Shown piece by piece: positions 1 to 12,085 of a stretch of 64,000 bases of DNA. The notes beneath the pieces are model-generated. The model did not search any database and was not told the origin of the DNA. It saw only the letters and a list, made by a program, of their open reading frames with translations. A program made the position numbers and the translations under genes. Origin of the DNA: Octopus sinensis (taxonomy: Eukaryota); NCBI RefSeq assembly GCF_006345805.1, contig NC_042998.1, positions 105,152,001 to 105,216,000 of the forward strand. The letters are read 5' to 3'. Every line of letters starts with the position of its first letter. The stretch's first letter is position 1.

Positions 1-272
1 TACCAGCAATGGCCACAATTACAATGTCACAGGTACCATTCACATGACACTGGCAACAGCCATGATTATGATTTCACTTGGTTTGATGAGTCTTCTCAAG
101 CACAGGGTATAGCTAAAGGACTCAGTCCCTTGTTATCAACTACATCAGGCCCAATATTCGAAGATCATGTTTCACCACCTTGTCTTATGTCTATTTGGGT
201 CTATCTCTTCCATAGGTTCCCTCTACAGTTAGAGATGAGCACCTGTTTACACAGCTGTCCTTGCCCATACAC
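1..272 (-). mobile_element. RTE-clade LINE 3' fragment (end of RT ORF and start of 3' UTR)
   Basis: Minus-strand translation gives MDKDSCVNRCSSLTVEGTYGRDRP-like and VVKHDLRILGL-like segments, matching the same-family copies at 58633-59385 and 2129-2260. Confidence 0.65.
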
Positions 273-360
273 ATATATGTACATATATACATTTATACAT
301 AAATATATAAGCATATATACATACATATATATGTACATATATATGTATATATATATATAA

Positions 361-608
361 GAAATAATTAAGACCCAGTTGAATTAGTTACTTAAGTTGA
401 AGCACCAAGTCAGTCTGGTATTGTCCATACAGCTCGAAGTGAGGTGAATAAAATCAAAATAAGCAACAGGATATCAAGTAGTAATGTCGCTGAAGATAGC
501 AATGCATTTAAAATGATGTGATTGCATTGTTCAATTAAATAGAGCCACTTGATACGGTCGGTCGTACTGCATTAATACTTGATATCCTGTTGCCTAATTT
601 GATTTGAT
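361..608. mobile_element. Short fold-back element (family HH-b) with degenerate hammerhead motif, probable Penelope-like element derivative
   Basis: 30-bp inverted repeat 451-480/576-605. CTGAAGA at 490-496 and GATAC-GGTC-GGTC-GTA-CTGCA at 551-571. Homologous to 9500-9725. (TA)n on both flanks. Confidence 0.6.
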
Positions 609-651
<43 letters not shown>

Positions 652-655
<4 letters not shown>

Positions 656-1050
656 TCTATTCTTTTATTCTTTTACTTGTTCCAGTCATTTGACTGCAGC
701 CATGCTGGAGCATCACATTTTAGTCAAACAAATCAACTCCAAGACTTATCCTTTGTAAGCTTAGTACTTATTCTATGAGTCTCTTTTGCTGAACTGCCAA
801 GTTACAGGGATGTAAACGCACCAACATCGGTTGTCAAGTGATGGTGGGGATACAGACACAGACACACAAACACACACACACATATGAGAGGCTTCTTTCA
901 GTTTCCGTCTACCAAATCCACTCACAAGGCTTTGGTCAGCCCGAGGCTATAGTAGAAGATACTTGCCCAATGTGCCATGCAGTGGGACTGAACCTGGAAC
1001 CATGTGGCTGGTAAGTAAGCTACTTACCACACAGCTACACCTGCGCCTAT
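652..1050 (-). mobile_element. tRNA-derived SINE family A, near full length
   Basis: Reverse strand has a tRNA-like head with A/B-box-like motifs, CCTTGGGCAAGT-like core start, internal (TG)n and an AAAAGAAT-type tail. At least 12 homologous copies in the window. Confidence 0.85.
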
Positions 1051-1368
1051 ATAATATAGTACAGAAATCATCAGTGGGAGGCATCCAGTCACCACATGCC
1101 AGTCAAATGTCGTTACCAGGATATATAAAATACCAGAATCTTTTCAGACCACTGCTGTTGCAAATAACCAGCAGGCTTATTAAAAATTAATGATGATTTC
1201 CCATGACAGATGATACTTGTCTGCTACAATCTCTGTGTGTGCTTTTATGAATAAAACATTTATATGAGAGGATCTCTCCATAGCATTCAGTGTTACAACA
1301 AGACATCTACATTAAGCTGGATATAAAAATTACCTTTTGGTATTGATACTGCTTCCACTGCTAAATAA

Positions 1369-1401
<33 letters not shown>

Positions 1402-1405
<4 letters not shown>

Positions 1406-2100
1406 TCATCATCATCATCATCATCGTCGTTGTTTAATGTCTGCTTTCGATGCTAGCATGGGTTGGACGATTTGACTGAGGGCTGGCGAACCAGATGGCT
1501 GCACCAGGCTTCAATCTTGATCTGGCAGAGTTTCTACAGCTGGATGCCCTTCCTCGCGCCAACCACTCCGAGAGTGTAGTCGGTGCTTTTACGTGCCACC
1601 GGCATGGGGCCAGTCAGGTGGTACTGGCAACGACCTCACTCGAATCCTTTACACGTGCCACTGGCACAGGTACCAGTAAGGCGATGCTGGTAACGGTCAT
1701 GCTCGGATGGTGTCTTTTACGTACCACTGGCACAGAGGCCAGATATCCACTCTGGCAATGAACATGCTTGGAGGGTGCTCTTAACACCCTACTAGCACGG
1801 GGCTTAAGTGCCAGTAAGGCGATGCTGGTAATGATCACACTCGAATGGTGCCTTTTAAGTCCCACTGGCATGGAAGCTGGTTGGTCGCTTTGTCAATGAT
1901 CACACTCATATGGTGCACTTTGCATCCCGTTAGCATGGACACCAGTCATCGAATTTCATTTTGATTTTGATTGCATTTGCCCCAACAGGTCTTTGCAAGC
2001 AGAGTTTTAGTGTCCAAAGAAGGAAAAGGTACGCATAAGTGGGCTGGTTATGCCCTTGGCATAGGCCACGAGATTATGGTCTCATTTGGCTTGCCGGGTC
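1402..2100 (-). mobile_element. RTE LINE 3' UTR copy (5'-truncated) with (GAT)n tail
   Basis: Reverse strand carries the GAAGGGCATCCAGCTGTAGAAAC and CCATGCTAGCAT tail motifs, ~66-bp array units and the ORF-terminal AAGACCCGGCAAGCCAAATGA. Confidence 0.8.
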
Positions 2101-2128
2101 TTATATATATATATATATATATATATAT

Positions 2129-2990
2129 GAGGCATACCCAGGAAGACATGGAGTGAGGTGGTGAAACATGACCTTCAAATGTTGGGCCTCATAAAGACAA
2201 TGGCAAGCAACCAAGACCTTTAGAAATATGTCATGCTTGAGAAGGCCCGGCAAGCCAAGTGAGATCATAGTTGTGGCCGATGCCAGTTTTGCATAACTGG
2301 CCCATTTAAAAACACCCTCCAACCATCAGCTGATGTGTCATGCTTGCAAAAACCTATTGATGCTGTGGTTGATGCCAGTGCTACCTGACTGGCACTCATG
2401 CCTGTGGGAGATAAAAAGCACCATCTGAGCATGGCTGATGCCAGTGCCACCTAACTGGCATCTGTGCTGGAGGCACGTAAAAAGCACCATTCAAGCATGA
2501 CCTATGCCAATATCGCCTGACTGGCACCCATGCCAGTAGCACATAAAAAACACCATCCATGCGTGGATGATGTCAGTGCCACCTGATTGGCAGACATGCC
2601 AATGGCATATAAAAAGCACCATTTTAGTATGGCTGATGCAAGTGCCACGTGTCTGGCTACCATACCAGTGGCACATAAAAAGCACCATTCAAGCATGGAT
2701 AATGCCACTGCTGACTAACTAGCACCCATGCTAGTGGCATGTAAAAAGCACCATTCAAGCGTGGAAAATGCCACTACTGCTGGACTGGCATCCGTGCCAA
2801 TGGCATATAAAGAACACCCACCACACTCTCAGAGTCGTTGGAATTCAGAAGGGCATCAAGCTGTAGAAACCTTGCCAAATCAGATTGGGACCTGGTGCAG
2901 CCTCCCGGCTTAACAGTTCTCAGTCAAACCGTCCAGCGTAAACCAGCATGGAAAGCAGATGTTAAACGATGATAATGATGAAGATGATAT
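2129..2990 (+). mobile_element. RTE LINE 3' end (ORF terminus plus 3' UTR) with (GAT)n tail
   Basis: PRKTWSEVVKHDLQMLGL-like translation at 2137-2190, then the 66-bp array and the shared tail ending TTAAACGATGATAATGATG. Confidence 0.8.
2371..2820 (+). repeat. 66-bp tandem array (7 units) within RTE 3' UTR
   Basis: Unit starts at 2371, 2437, 2503, 2569, 2635, 2701 and 2767. Consensus GATGCCAGTGCCACCTGACTGGCA..TGCCAGTGGCACATAAAAAGCACCATTCAAGCATGG. Confidence 0.9.
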
Positions 2991-3007
2991 ATATGTACAT
3001 ATATACA

Positions 3008-3240
3008 TTTTTACTTCAGTCAACAAACTGCAACCATGCTGAGGTACCATCTTAAAGGATTTAGTTGAACAAACTGACCCTAGTACATTTTAAAAAATTA
3101 TTCCATTAGTCACTTTTTGCCCAATAATTAAGCTACAGCGATGTAAACAAACCAACATCAGTTGTCAAGTGGTGGTGAGGAAGGATTAACACAAACACAA
3201 AGAAATATACCCACATACACACTTACACACACACACACAA
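3008..3240 (-). mobile_element. SINE family A, diverged 3' part
   Basis: Similarity to the tail half of the copy at 27549-28004. Confidence 0.6.
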
Positions 3241-3351
3241 GCATAACTTCATACATACATAAATGTATGTATGAATTTGAGCTCAAAACATAAAGACAGA
3301 CAAAATATTACTAAGCATTTCGACTTGCTATGCCTATATATATATATATAT

Positions 3352-3845
3352 ATACTTAATAATTAGGGTTCAGCAAAGATTTGCTTTACCACATACCGAA
3401 GTTTAGAAATAGCAGCCAAAACCTTAGCTATTTCTTCTACTTTAAAAAGGGACTCCCAGAGAAACCAAAATACTTGAAAACAATCCACACAGGCAGAGGA
3501 AAGCAACGAAAATCAATCAATATCTGGTCATCCATGGACGCGCGTTTCGGAATTAGATCAGTATAAAGAATATAGAATTATACTTTACCAACCATTTTCC
3601 TCATCAGCATCGCATTCCTCAATAATTAAATATTGAAATATTAAATTCGAGGGTACTGAAATAATTGAGCTACGGTTTTGGCTGCTATTTCTAGACTTCG
3701 GTATGTGGTAAAGCAAATCTTTGCTGAACCCTAATTATTAAGTATTACTTAAGTTTACCATGAAATGGTCCTTTTTTCATGCCGAATTCTACTTGGTGAA
3801 ATTATTGATTACTTCTTAATTAATTAATTTTACTCTTTATTATTA
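3352..3845 (-). mobile_element. Fold-back mini-element (family HH-a), probable Penelope-like pLTR derivative
   Basis: 78-bp inverted repeat 3352-3429/3668-3745 (2 mismatches) enclosing a hammerhead. (TA)n on both sides. Fragment of the same family at 12985-13030. Confidence 0.75.
3531..3612 (-). ncRNA. Type-I hammerhead ribozyme (minimal, PLE-type)
   Basis: Minus strand: cgAUG-CUGAUGA-GGAA...(GUAUAA/UUAUAC inner stem)...UUCC-GAAAC-GCGC-GUC-CAUgg. All core nucleotides are present and stem III has a palindromic ACGCGCGU. Confidence 0.8.
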
Positions 3846-3846
3846 T

Positions 3847-3877
<31 letters not shown>

Positions 3878-3882
3878 GTATG

Positions 3883-3918
<36 letters not shown>

Positions 3919-3943
3919 ATATATACTTATATATATACATACA

Positions 3944-3974
<31 letters not shown>

Positions 3975-4236
3975 TACATATATGTATATACATACACACA
4001 TGTCAAGCTTTATTGTCTGCTTTTTCATTGTTTTTACAGCTGGATGCCCAACTCCTTATAAAGTGTACTAGGTGCTTTATACGTGGCACCAGCAACAGTG
4101 AGGGCACCAAATAACTTACAAGATAAGACTTCTCGGCTGAGGAGGTAAGTAGTATTAAGGAAGGTGGCTTTGTGCCAGATGAAGGGTTCAAGTATGAGTA
4201 GAGGGACAGAGATAGGTCTCCTACAGTAAAAGTAGA

Positions 4237-4267
<31 letters not shown>

Positions 4268-5585
4268 GGAGAGAGAGGGAATAAGGAGAGAGAAGGAAAG
4301 AGGAGTGAGTGAGAGAGAGAAGATGGTGAAGATCTGACAGGGGGAGTACACTTAAGTTAGAAGGAGATGTATAAAAATGAAATGGGTCGAAGGATCGGAT
4401 AGGGTGAATGGGCGAGTAAGTTAGCAAGATCGTGAAAGGAGAGTGGAAAGTGGATGGGCAGAGAAATGTAGTGATCCAGCCAGAGAAACCATGCCAAAGG
4501 AGACAGCATAGTTTGGTGTAGACTTGTGAGTTTCCAGCTCCTCTCATACTGTCCAACACACATCCTTATGGAAAACAGATATTAAATGAGGATGCTACAT
4601 ACATACATATATACATATGCACACACAAACACACACACACACACACACACACATGCATGTATATATATATATATATAATATAATACTATATAATGTAATA
4701 TAAGTACACATCCAAGTACATGCACAAGACAAAATGTGCGTGTGTGTGTGTGTTTGCTTGTATGCTTATTCCATAAGAGCTTAACTTCTTAGTTTTATTG
4801 ATTCAAAATGGATGAAAAAAAACTATATGAAACAATTTTTTGTGTTTGTTTGTTTTTAAATTTTAAATCAGAAATGCAATTTTCCAAAAATCACTTATCA
4901 ACTATTTAGTCTAGATAGACCAAAACATTAAGACTGGACCATTATCCTGTCTAACTTGTTTTGTCATATTGTATTTAACTTTCTCCTCAGGAAAATTTTT
5001 GTCTGTGTTTGCCATCTATGTAATCCTCAAGAATTAGAACTTAGAATACGTAATGCTATGCACTTAAAAAAATTATAAGGATTTGTTTGAAGAAAGATAT
5101 TTGACTGCTATACCTACAGCTCAAGAGACTTACATTGAAGTTACCTCATTGGTTCATTTTATCAGCAGTTAATCCTCTTCTGTGAAGCCTATTTTAAAGC
5201 AGCATTGTACAATATAGCAGTGAGACATTTTGAAGATGTGTTAATGGAGCTAGAGTGATGGTGGCTTGCAAATGTCAAGAAGGAAGTGAGTTGTGTTTGT
5301 TTGATCTGCTGGATGTTTTGTATAAAGAGAGAAATTTAAAGGAGATGAGGATGATCTGAATGAAGACACAGTGATGAGAGAAAGAGAAGACATTTTAGAA
5401 TGAAAAAGCATCAATTGGTGTTGTATGAGAAAAGATTGTGTTAGATGTTGGTAGTGGTTAGTAGGGTGATGGTTTGTATATGCAGCATTAGTGGAGGAGA
5501 TGGTAGGAATGGTTATGTTGGTAGCAGAAATGGTAATATGATGCAGGTAGTCATAGTGATATTGGTAACACTGTTGCTCAAGCTG

Positions 5586-5633
<48 letters not shown>

Positions 5634-7544
5634 GTAGTGGTAACTTTGTTAGAAGATTTAATAGTAGTAGTGGTGGCAATGATTATGGGAGCGGGGCTAT
5701 TATGCATATCGAAGAGATAGCATAAGCTGGTAGTGGTTGGTGGATAAGAATCATTTGGGAGAAAATGCTGTTGATATAGTGAAAAGGGGAGAGTATGGGT
5801 TGATTATAAAAGAATTTGACAGTTACATCACACAAAGGAGGAAAAGGAGGAGAGAGGTGGTTGTTGTTATTGTTGCCGGAGGTGGTGGTGGTGGTCGTCG
5901 TCGTTGTCGTCATCGTCGGGGTTTTAGAGTGATGCTGTTGTTTTTGCTGGTGTTGATGAAAAATGATAATAGAAAGAAGAATAGAAAGAATGGGCTGTGA
6001 GTGTAATGTGTACAAAATTCTTTGCTTTGCTTTGTTTTGTTTTTTTTTTCATTGTTTATGCTGTCATTTTTGTTTATTAAACCCTACTGTATTTTCTTTT
6101 AAAAGAGTTCTTTGTTGTATTAGCTAGCACTTCCTGTATTGAAAAATCATTATTGACAATAATTATTTGGAAGTGGATTTTATCTTGATGGATGCAGGAC
6201 TTTTAGATTTTGTGAAAGAGACAGCTCCTGAGATACTGGCAGTAGAATTCCTTCATGTAAACACAGAGAAAATAGAATTTATCACTAGCAGGCATGTCAT
6301 AGAGAGAATCTGCACGAAGAAGGGAGAATCCAAAGGAATTGGATCCCTTTTCAGCAACACAAAAATTTTCTGTTAATAGCTGAAGTGAAATCAATGCAGT
6401 CTCTATAGTACTGGTTTCAATGAAATGGATAAGAAGCTATGTAGGTGGCACTTTGATAATACATTTGTGTGACCTGTACTGTTTTGCTATTCAGATACAT
6501 GAGAAGTGGGAAGGAATGAAATTCAGAAACAAAAATTTGTTCTTTTATCTTTAACTTCAAATTCTTTTGATACCAATCTGCTTGAGACTACTTCAAGATC
6601 TGTGACACCTCTCATTTTAAAGTGGTCATATTTAAATTATGAAACTGAAAGGCGGGATCATTAGAGTATTGGTCAAAGATCTTGTGATAACAGTCCTGAC
6701 TCCTTGCATTCTGAGATCTAAGGGAGTTGATAAAGTAGCAGTCAAGTACTGCAATTGATTCTTCTCTTTTACTCTCTCACTCTCTTCACTCCCTCTCAAA
6801 ATTAGCAACACTACGGAGTGAGATATTCATAGGGGACACTCACAGTCCCCTCTTCCCCCAACAAATGATTGTTAGCCTTGTCTCGTCTTGTATGCAACTG
6901 TCCAAATAAACTATAGAACTTTGCAAACATGGACACACCAATGCACAGAATAGTTAAAGAATATTTAACTTCAAAATTTCCTTCTTAATTGTATCTAAGA
7001 ACCTTTTCTACTGTTATGTTTCCAAGTACGGACCTAACAATTGAACGTGTAAGTTGTTTTAATTCCCAATTATTGATAGTCACAAGATGATCCAACACTT
7101 ATGCCTACCTCCTACTTAACCTTTGATGGCTAAAACTATCAGCTGTACCCAACTTTATTGCTAATGGTTACTGGGAGTGAAGCTGGATATTGCAGTGGAT
7201 CACTACTGTCTGTTGAGATGCATCTTCTCAATAAACTGTAGAGACCTTCCTAATATCACCATTACAGGTTATTGGAAATAAACAAGGGAGTCTGTATGTA
7301 GTCATTTGACCTGCTAGACATAGTGGCTAAATCTTCCTCAAACCACTTCTCAGTTAATAAAAAGAAAATGACGCACCAATTAATATACCAGTAGTCCTAG
7401 ATATCCTAAGGACACTCTTTGGTCATGGCTAAAATGTTTTTCCTTATATGTCAGCTCAATCAAAGTTGACCTAGGACAACAGTAAGTGAATAAAGGATCT
7501 CAAGCTGCTAGCAATAGCAGTCAAATTTCTTCAAATTATCATCA

Positions 7545-7860
7545 TCATAATTTAACGTCTTTGTTGCATGCTGGCATGGGTTGATGGTTTGACAGGAACT
7601 GATGTGGCTCCACTATTTACTTGGGCATGCTTTCAATGGCTGGATGCACTTCATAACATTAACCACTTTACAGCATGTAGTGGATGCTTTTTCCAAGCCA
7701 CCAGCACTAGTAAGGTCATCACGCAGCTTGCAAGACAATGAACTCCAAGAGAAGTGGCTTTACGTAAGAAGATGAAGGGTGAATAGATGAGAGAGAAGGT
7801 CAGAACATAGTGGGTTTCCTGCTGAAGAGGGGCCACATGGCTACTCCTGTTTTAGAAAAG
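7545..7860 (-). mobile_element. RTE-tail-related non-autonomous repeat
   Basis: Shares the CATCATCAT..TTTAACGTC..CATGCTGGCATGGGTTG tail and GCTGGATG..CTTC motifs. Related diverged pieces at 4010-4225, 36390-36520, 43205-43420, 53920-54150 and 59900-60050. Confidence 0.6.
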
Positions 7861-9359
7861 AGGTTAGGTGTGATCTGTTTGACCTCATCAGTATAGTATC
7901 ATGCTTCTCAGCTTCAAATGGTTACAGTTATTTTTAAAACATACAGAAAGAGTTTGGTACATTCTTGGCTAAGTATAATATGCTTAGTATAAACTAAAAT
8001 ATTTAGGATAAAAAACCACCAAACGAATCGATAACATTAATTTGGATAACGAAGTCAATTGAAGTTGTACTGAATGTTGAGCATGATAAATTCTTGATCT
8101 ATTACCATTTCCCTTTTGATTTGGCTTGACTTCATCAACATAGAATAATCTTTTTTTTGTCTCTGAACTGATATTGACAATTTAACATATAGAGAATGAT
8201 TGAGGGTAGAGTGCTTCTCTAGTTATATGTGGTTTATAGTAGCACAAGGAATTGTTATTAACTAACTGATGAAATATGACAGAATATCAAAAAAATGTCA
8301 GAATGGCAGAACAGGTAATATGGGTTTTGTTGCTGGTTTATGTTTGAATGTTTAACCATATTGACAGATGAGGTGACAGAGATAGGTAGGCATTTAGACA
8401 GATTAATGGAAAAGCAGAAATAAAATAGGTGGATTGGGTTTTGTGTATTCTTGGTTAAAGGAAATTATGCGCGCACACACACACACTCACATTTATTATA
8501 TCAAATTTTGACAATCTACAATGACTTATATATATGGAGAGAGAGAGAGGGGGGATAGGTACATGTATGCATATATGAAAATTATGTAAACATAGTATAA
8601 ATATGTATAAATATATATGTGTGCATCATGTGTTTTTACACAGAGAGAAAGAGAGACAGAGTCAGAGAGAGAGAGAAAGAGAGACAGAGTCAGAGAGAGA
8701 GAGAGAGAGAGATGAATAAATAAAATATCAAACATTGACAGTCTCACATACAAACAGAGATGGACAGAGTGATTGCAACTACCAAGATAAATACATAAAT
8801 AAACAGAGATAATCAGTCTGATATATAAATAGATTAACTGGATAGCATGTGACAAATCGAAGAAACACAGCACAGATAGGTAGATATTGTGATAGATTGG
8901 TTACAGTGTGACAGCTGAGATTCTTAGGTGGATAGATCACATCAATAAGCTAATGTACAGAGAAACTAAACAAACTTTAACAGAACAGAATGACTTTAAC
9001 AAGAAACAGAGTTGAATCTTGAGACAGGCAAAGTAAATGAAAAAGCTAAAAATGTAAATGTGAACAAATAACTGAAATGTCTGAATAGAAAATTGACTAA
9101 CAATAGAGTAAATTAATTGGGTAAAAATGTAAATTCATGCACAGTTGGCCATGTAATATGTATGTATATGTGTAAGAGAGTGTCTCCATATATTCATATA
9201 TATAAACACACGTGTGTGTGTAAACACACATATATGTAAACCCACATATATGTAAAAAAATATATATACATCTGCATTTTTTTATACACACGCATAAATA
9301 TACATACATATATATATTTATATATGTATGTATACGCATGTGTGCATATAATATATATA

Positions 9360-9410
<51 letters not shown>

Positions 9411-9499
9411 CATATGTGTGTGTGTATATACATATATATATATATGTAAATATAATACTTTGGGTATGGTAGATGAGTTCAGCAAAAAATTAGATTCAG

Positions 9500-9725
9500 A
9501 TGAATATGGTACTTAAGTTGAGGCACCAGAATTTAGTACAGTATTATCCATACAATTTCAAAGTAAGGTGGTTAAAATCAAAATAAACAAGGATATCCAG
9601 AGGTAATGCAGTATGATCGTTTCCTGCAACTCCATTTAATTGAACAATGCAATCATTACATCAATTTAAAATGTAGAGTAATCTTCAGCTGCACAAAGAC
9701 ATAGAATTTAATTAAAATAGAACAG
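9500..9725 (-). mobile_element. Family HH-b element with near-intact hammerhead motif (9607-9693, minus)
   Basis: Minus strand: TGCAG-CTGAAGA-TTACTCTA...GAAAC-GATC-ATA-CTGCA. Perfect 5-bp stem I. Homologous to 361-608. Confidence 0.6.
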
Positions 9726-10170
9726 ATGGACACATTAGTATAATTATACTTAAAATCTCCAAGAAGTTAAGGAGATAGACAAAGAACATGTTGTCTCTAC
9801 TTCAGAATAGAAGTTACTAAAATTATCAAAGAAGCCTTTACCTGCCACTGACTTTTTGTCTTTATAGGGTCAGTTTTAATTTATAGACTAGTTCATCAAA
9901 TCCCTTGTATATCTAATGTTGAGAGAACAGAGGGTAGTATCTGTTAGGGGTAGGGCTGAGTGAGTAGACAGACATTCTAGTTGGTATAGTCATAAAAATC
10001 AAGATTTATTATAAGCAATATCATAAGGTTTAGTAAGGGAAAACTTAAAACAAGATGTCAGCTGATAATTAAGGGGGTCACCCACTAGTAGACTATTGAT
10101 AATGAAACATGTATATATGTAAATATATATACATGTATGGATTTATAGCAATGTATATGTGTATATATAT

Positions 10171-10202
<32 letters not shown>

Positions 10203-10479
10203 CATAGATATTTACATATACATATATACATAAAGCTAGATAGTTAGATAGCTAGGTAGATAAATATGTATACACACATATGGACATGCATACACATGCA
10301 TACACACATATATACATTTATGTACTTATGTACCTTTATAAGTTTGTGTGGTGTGTGTGTGTGTGTGTGCATGTGTGTGTGCGCACGTGAATGTGTGCGT
10401 GTGTGTGAGTGTGCTAGTACAGTGATATCAAACTGACGGACCGTGTAAAAGTTACAGAAAGAATTATTACCCAATTACT

Positions 10480-10800
10480 TTGGAAGAAAATAGGCTAAAT
10501 AAGATGCAGTTTGGCTTTGTGCTAGGGAAGAATACCACTGATGTTTCTTTTCTAGTAAGACAACTGCAGGAGAAGTATTCAGCAAAAAGTAAACCGCTGT
10601 ATTCATTAACCTGGAGGAAGCTTTGAAAAGGTACCTTGCTCTGGGATCTGGTCGTCCTTGAGGAAGCTAGGAGTAGATGAATGGCTTTTGGGAACTATGC
10701 AAGCAATGTACAGCTGCGCTGTCAGTAAGGTGAGAGCTAGCAACAAGTACAGAGACAAATTTAATGTACAGATAGGACTTCACCAGCACTCAGTCCCCTC
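10480..10800 (+). mobile_element. RTE LINE reverse-transcriptase fragment (decayed)
   Basis: FLVRQLQEKY..K.KPLY, NLEEAL(DLEKAF-like) and LRKLGVDEWL..TMQAMY...SKVR...VQIGLHQ.SV.S motifs. Confidence 0.75.
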
Positions 10801-11069
10801 CTATTCATCTTTATTTCTCACATCTCCCACTCTTTCACCCTACAAACCATCTTCTTTTTTATCTGGTCTTTTCATAGATCTATTATACTGCTGCTCTCCA
10901 CCTTTCCTGCATGGCCACTTACCACTTGCTTTTTTTCCCTGAGCCACTCCTAGAAGTTTACCTTCCACCTCCTATTCATATTTACCATCATCTACAACTC
11001 CACTATCAATGAAAACTCTATATTTCAATCCATTCACCTTTACCACCATTTCTAACCCTTTGTCACTCT

Positions 11070-11465
11070 CAGGGCTGGATTAAGACCCATCGAGGCCTTA
11101 AGCATTTAAAAGATTTTGGTGCCACCATAAAAGATTATGTAATTCAAAATATAAATAATAACAAACCATAAAATAAATTTTCATTTTTCAAAACAAAACA
11201 AAACAGTAAGAGGGAAAATAATGTTTATTTTTGTATACTTCCATTTTATTTATATTTGAAAAGTTTCCTCCTACTTTTTTGAATTACTAAGTCTTTGATC
11301 AGGTCCTCAAAATTAATCTTAGGTAACACATCTGCATCTATACTTAGTAGAGATAAAGGCATCCCGAATATTATTTTAGCAACCTTAAAGTGATTTCTTT
11401 TGTGCCGTAAAAGATTTACTATTTCTGTAATGTCCTATCCTTCCCTTGATGCCCTAAGCATGTGC
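11070..11465. mobile_element. hAT-like MITE, copy lacking clear right TIR
   Basis: Begins CAGGGCTGGATTAAG. Collinear with 40815-41227 over ~390 bp. Confidence 0.6.
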
Positions 11466-11879
11466 ACTCTCCTCTCATACTTTAATGGGTGTATCCACCT
11501 ACCTTTTCTCATTCTTTGTTTTTATTCTCTCATACTCATCTTTTTGTATTTTGCGAATATGTTCTGACACCTCATCACCTCCATCACTATCTTCTTTCTA
11601 GCAACTCCCAGCCACCTTTATATGATGCAGGGTAGCCATATATCTCTTTTATTGTGCAACACTTGTGCCTGTCCATCATACTTTTGTACTTTAGTCTCTC
11701 AACACTTGGTATAAAGCCACCACCCTCTCTACAATACGAACTTGCATGTCTTGGTTATTTTTCATCTCATCTATAAGACTGGACTCTTATCAATGTCATA
11801 GACATTTTAGAAATATATAAAAACTATGTCTGACTTTTGACTTTTCAATCTTTTGGTAAATCTTTTTCTTTGTCTTGTG

Positions 11880-12085
11880 AGTTACTTGGCAATCTGACTA
11901 GCACTGGCATCATGAAAAATGCACCTTGTAAACACAGTAAGTGGTTGGCATTAAGAAGGAAATTCAGCTATAGAAGCCATGCCAAAACAGAGACTGGACT
12001 TTGATATACTCCTGCAGCTCAGTGGATCCTATCAAACCATGCAACCCTTGCCAATATGTAAGACAGATATTAAATAATGATGATA
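11880..12085 (+). mobile_element. RTE 3' tail copy (diverged)
   Basis: GTGGTTGGCATTAAGAAGGAAATTCAGCTATAGAA and AACCATGCAACCCTTGCC..TAAATAATGATGAT match the family tail. Confidence 0.6.

Noticed and set aside
2371-2820. CRISPR-like regular array
   Set aside because: Whole 66-bp units are homologous with no unique spacers, the array lies inside a LINE 3' UTR, and the context is eukaryotic
5236-5285. CVNGARVMVACKCQEG with a GTGAGT donor (EGF-like look)
   Set aside because: Weak GAAG acceptor, a missing cysteine, and only 50 nt
6167-6394. Overlapping plus and minus ORFs in unique-looking sequence
   Set aside because: No recognisable family, and the nearby acceptors lead to stops; unresolved without RNA data
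10800-11070. Minus-strand SGKWPC-RKG resembling an RTE post-RT cysteine motif
   Set aside because: Too short and decayed, and the order is inconsistent with neighbouring fragments
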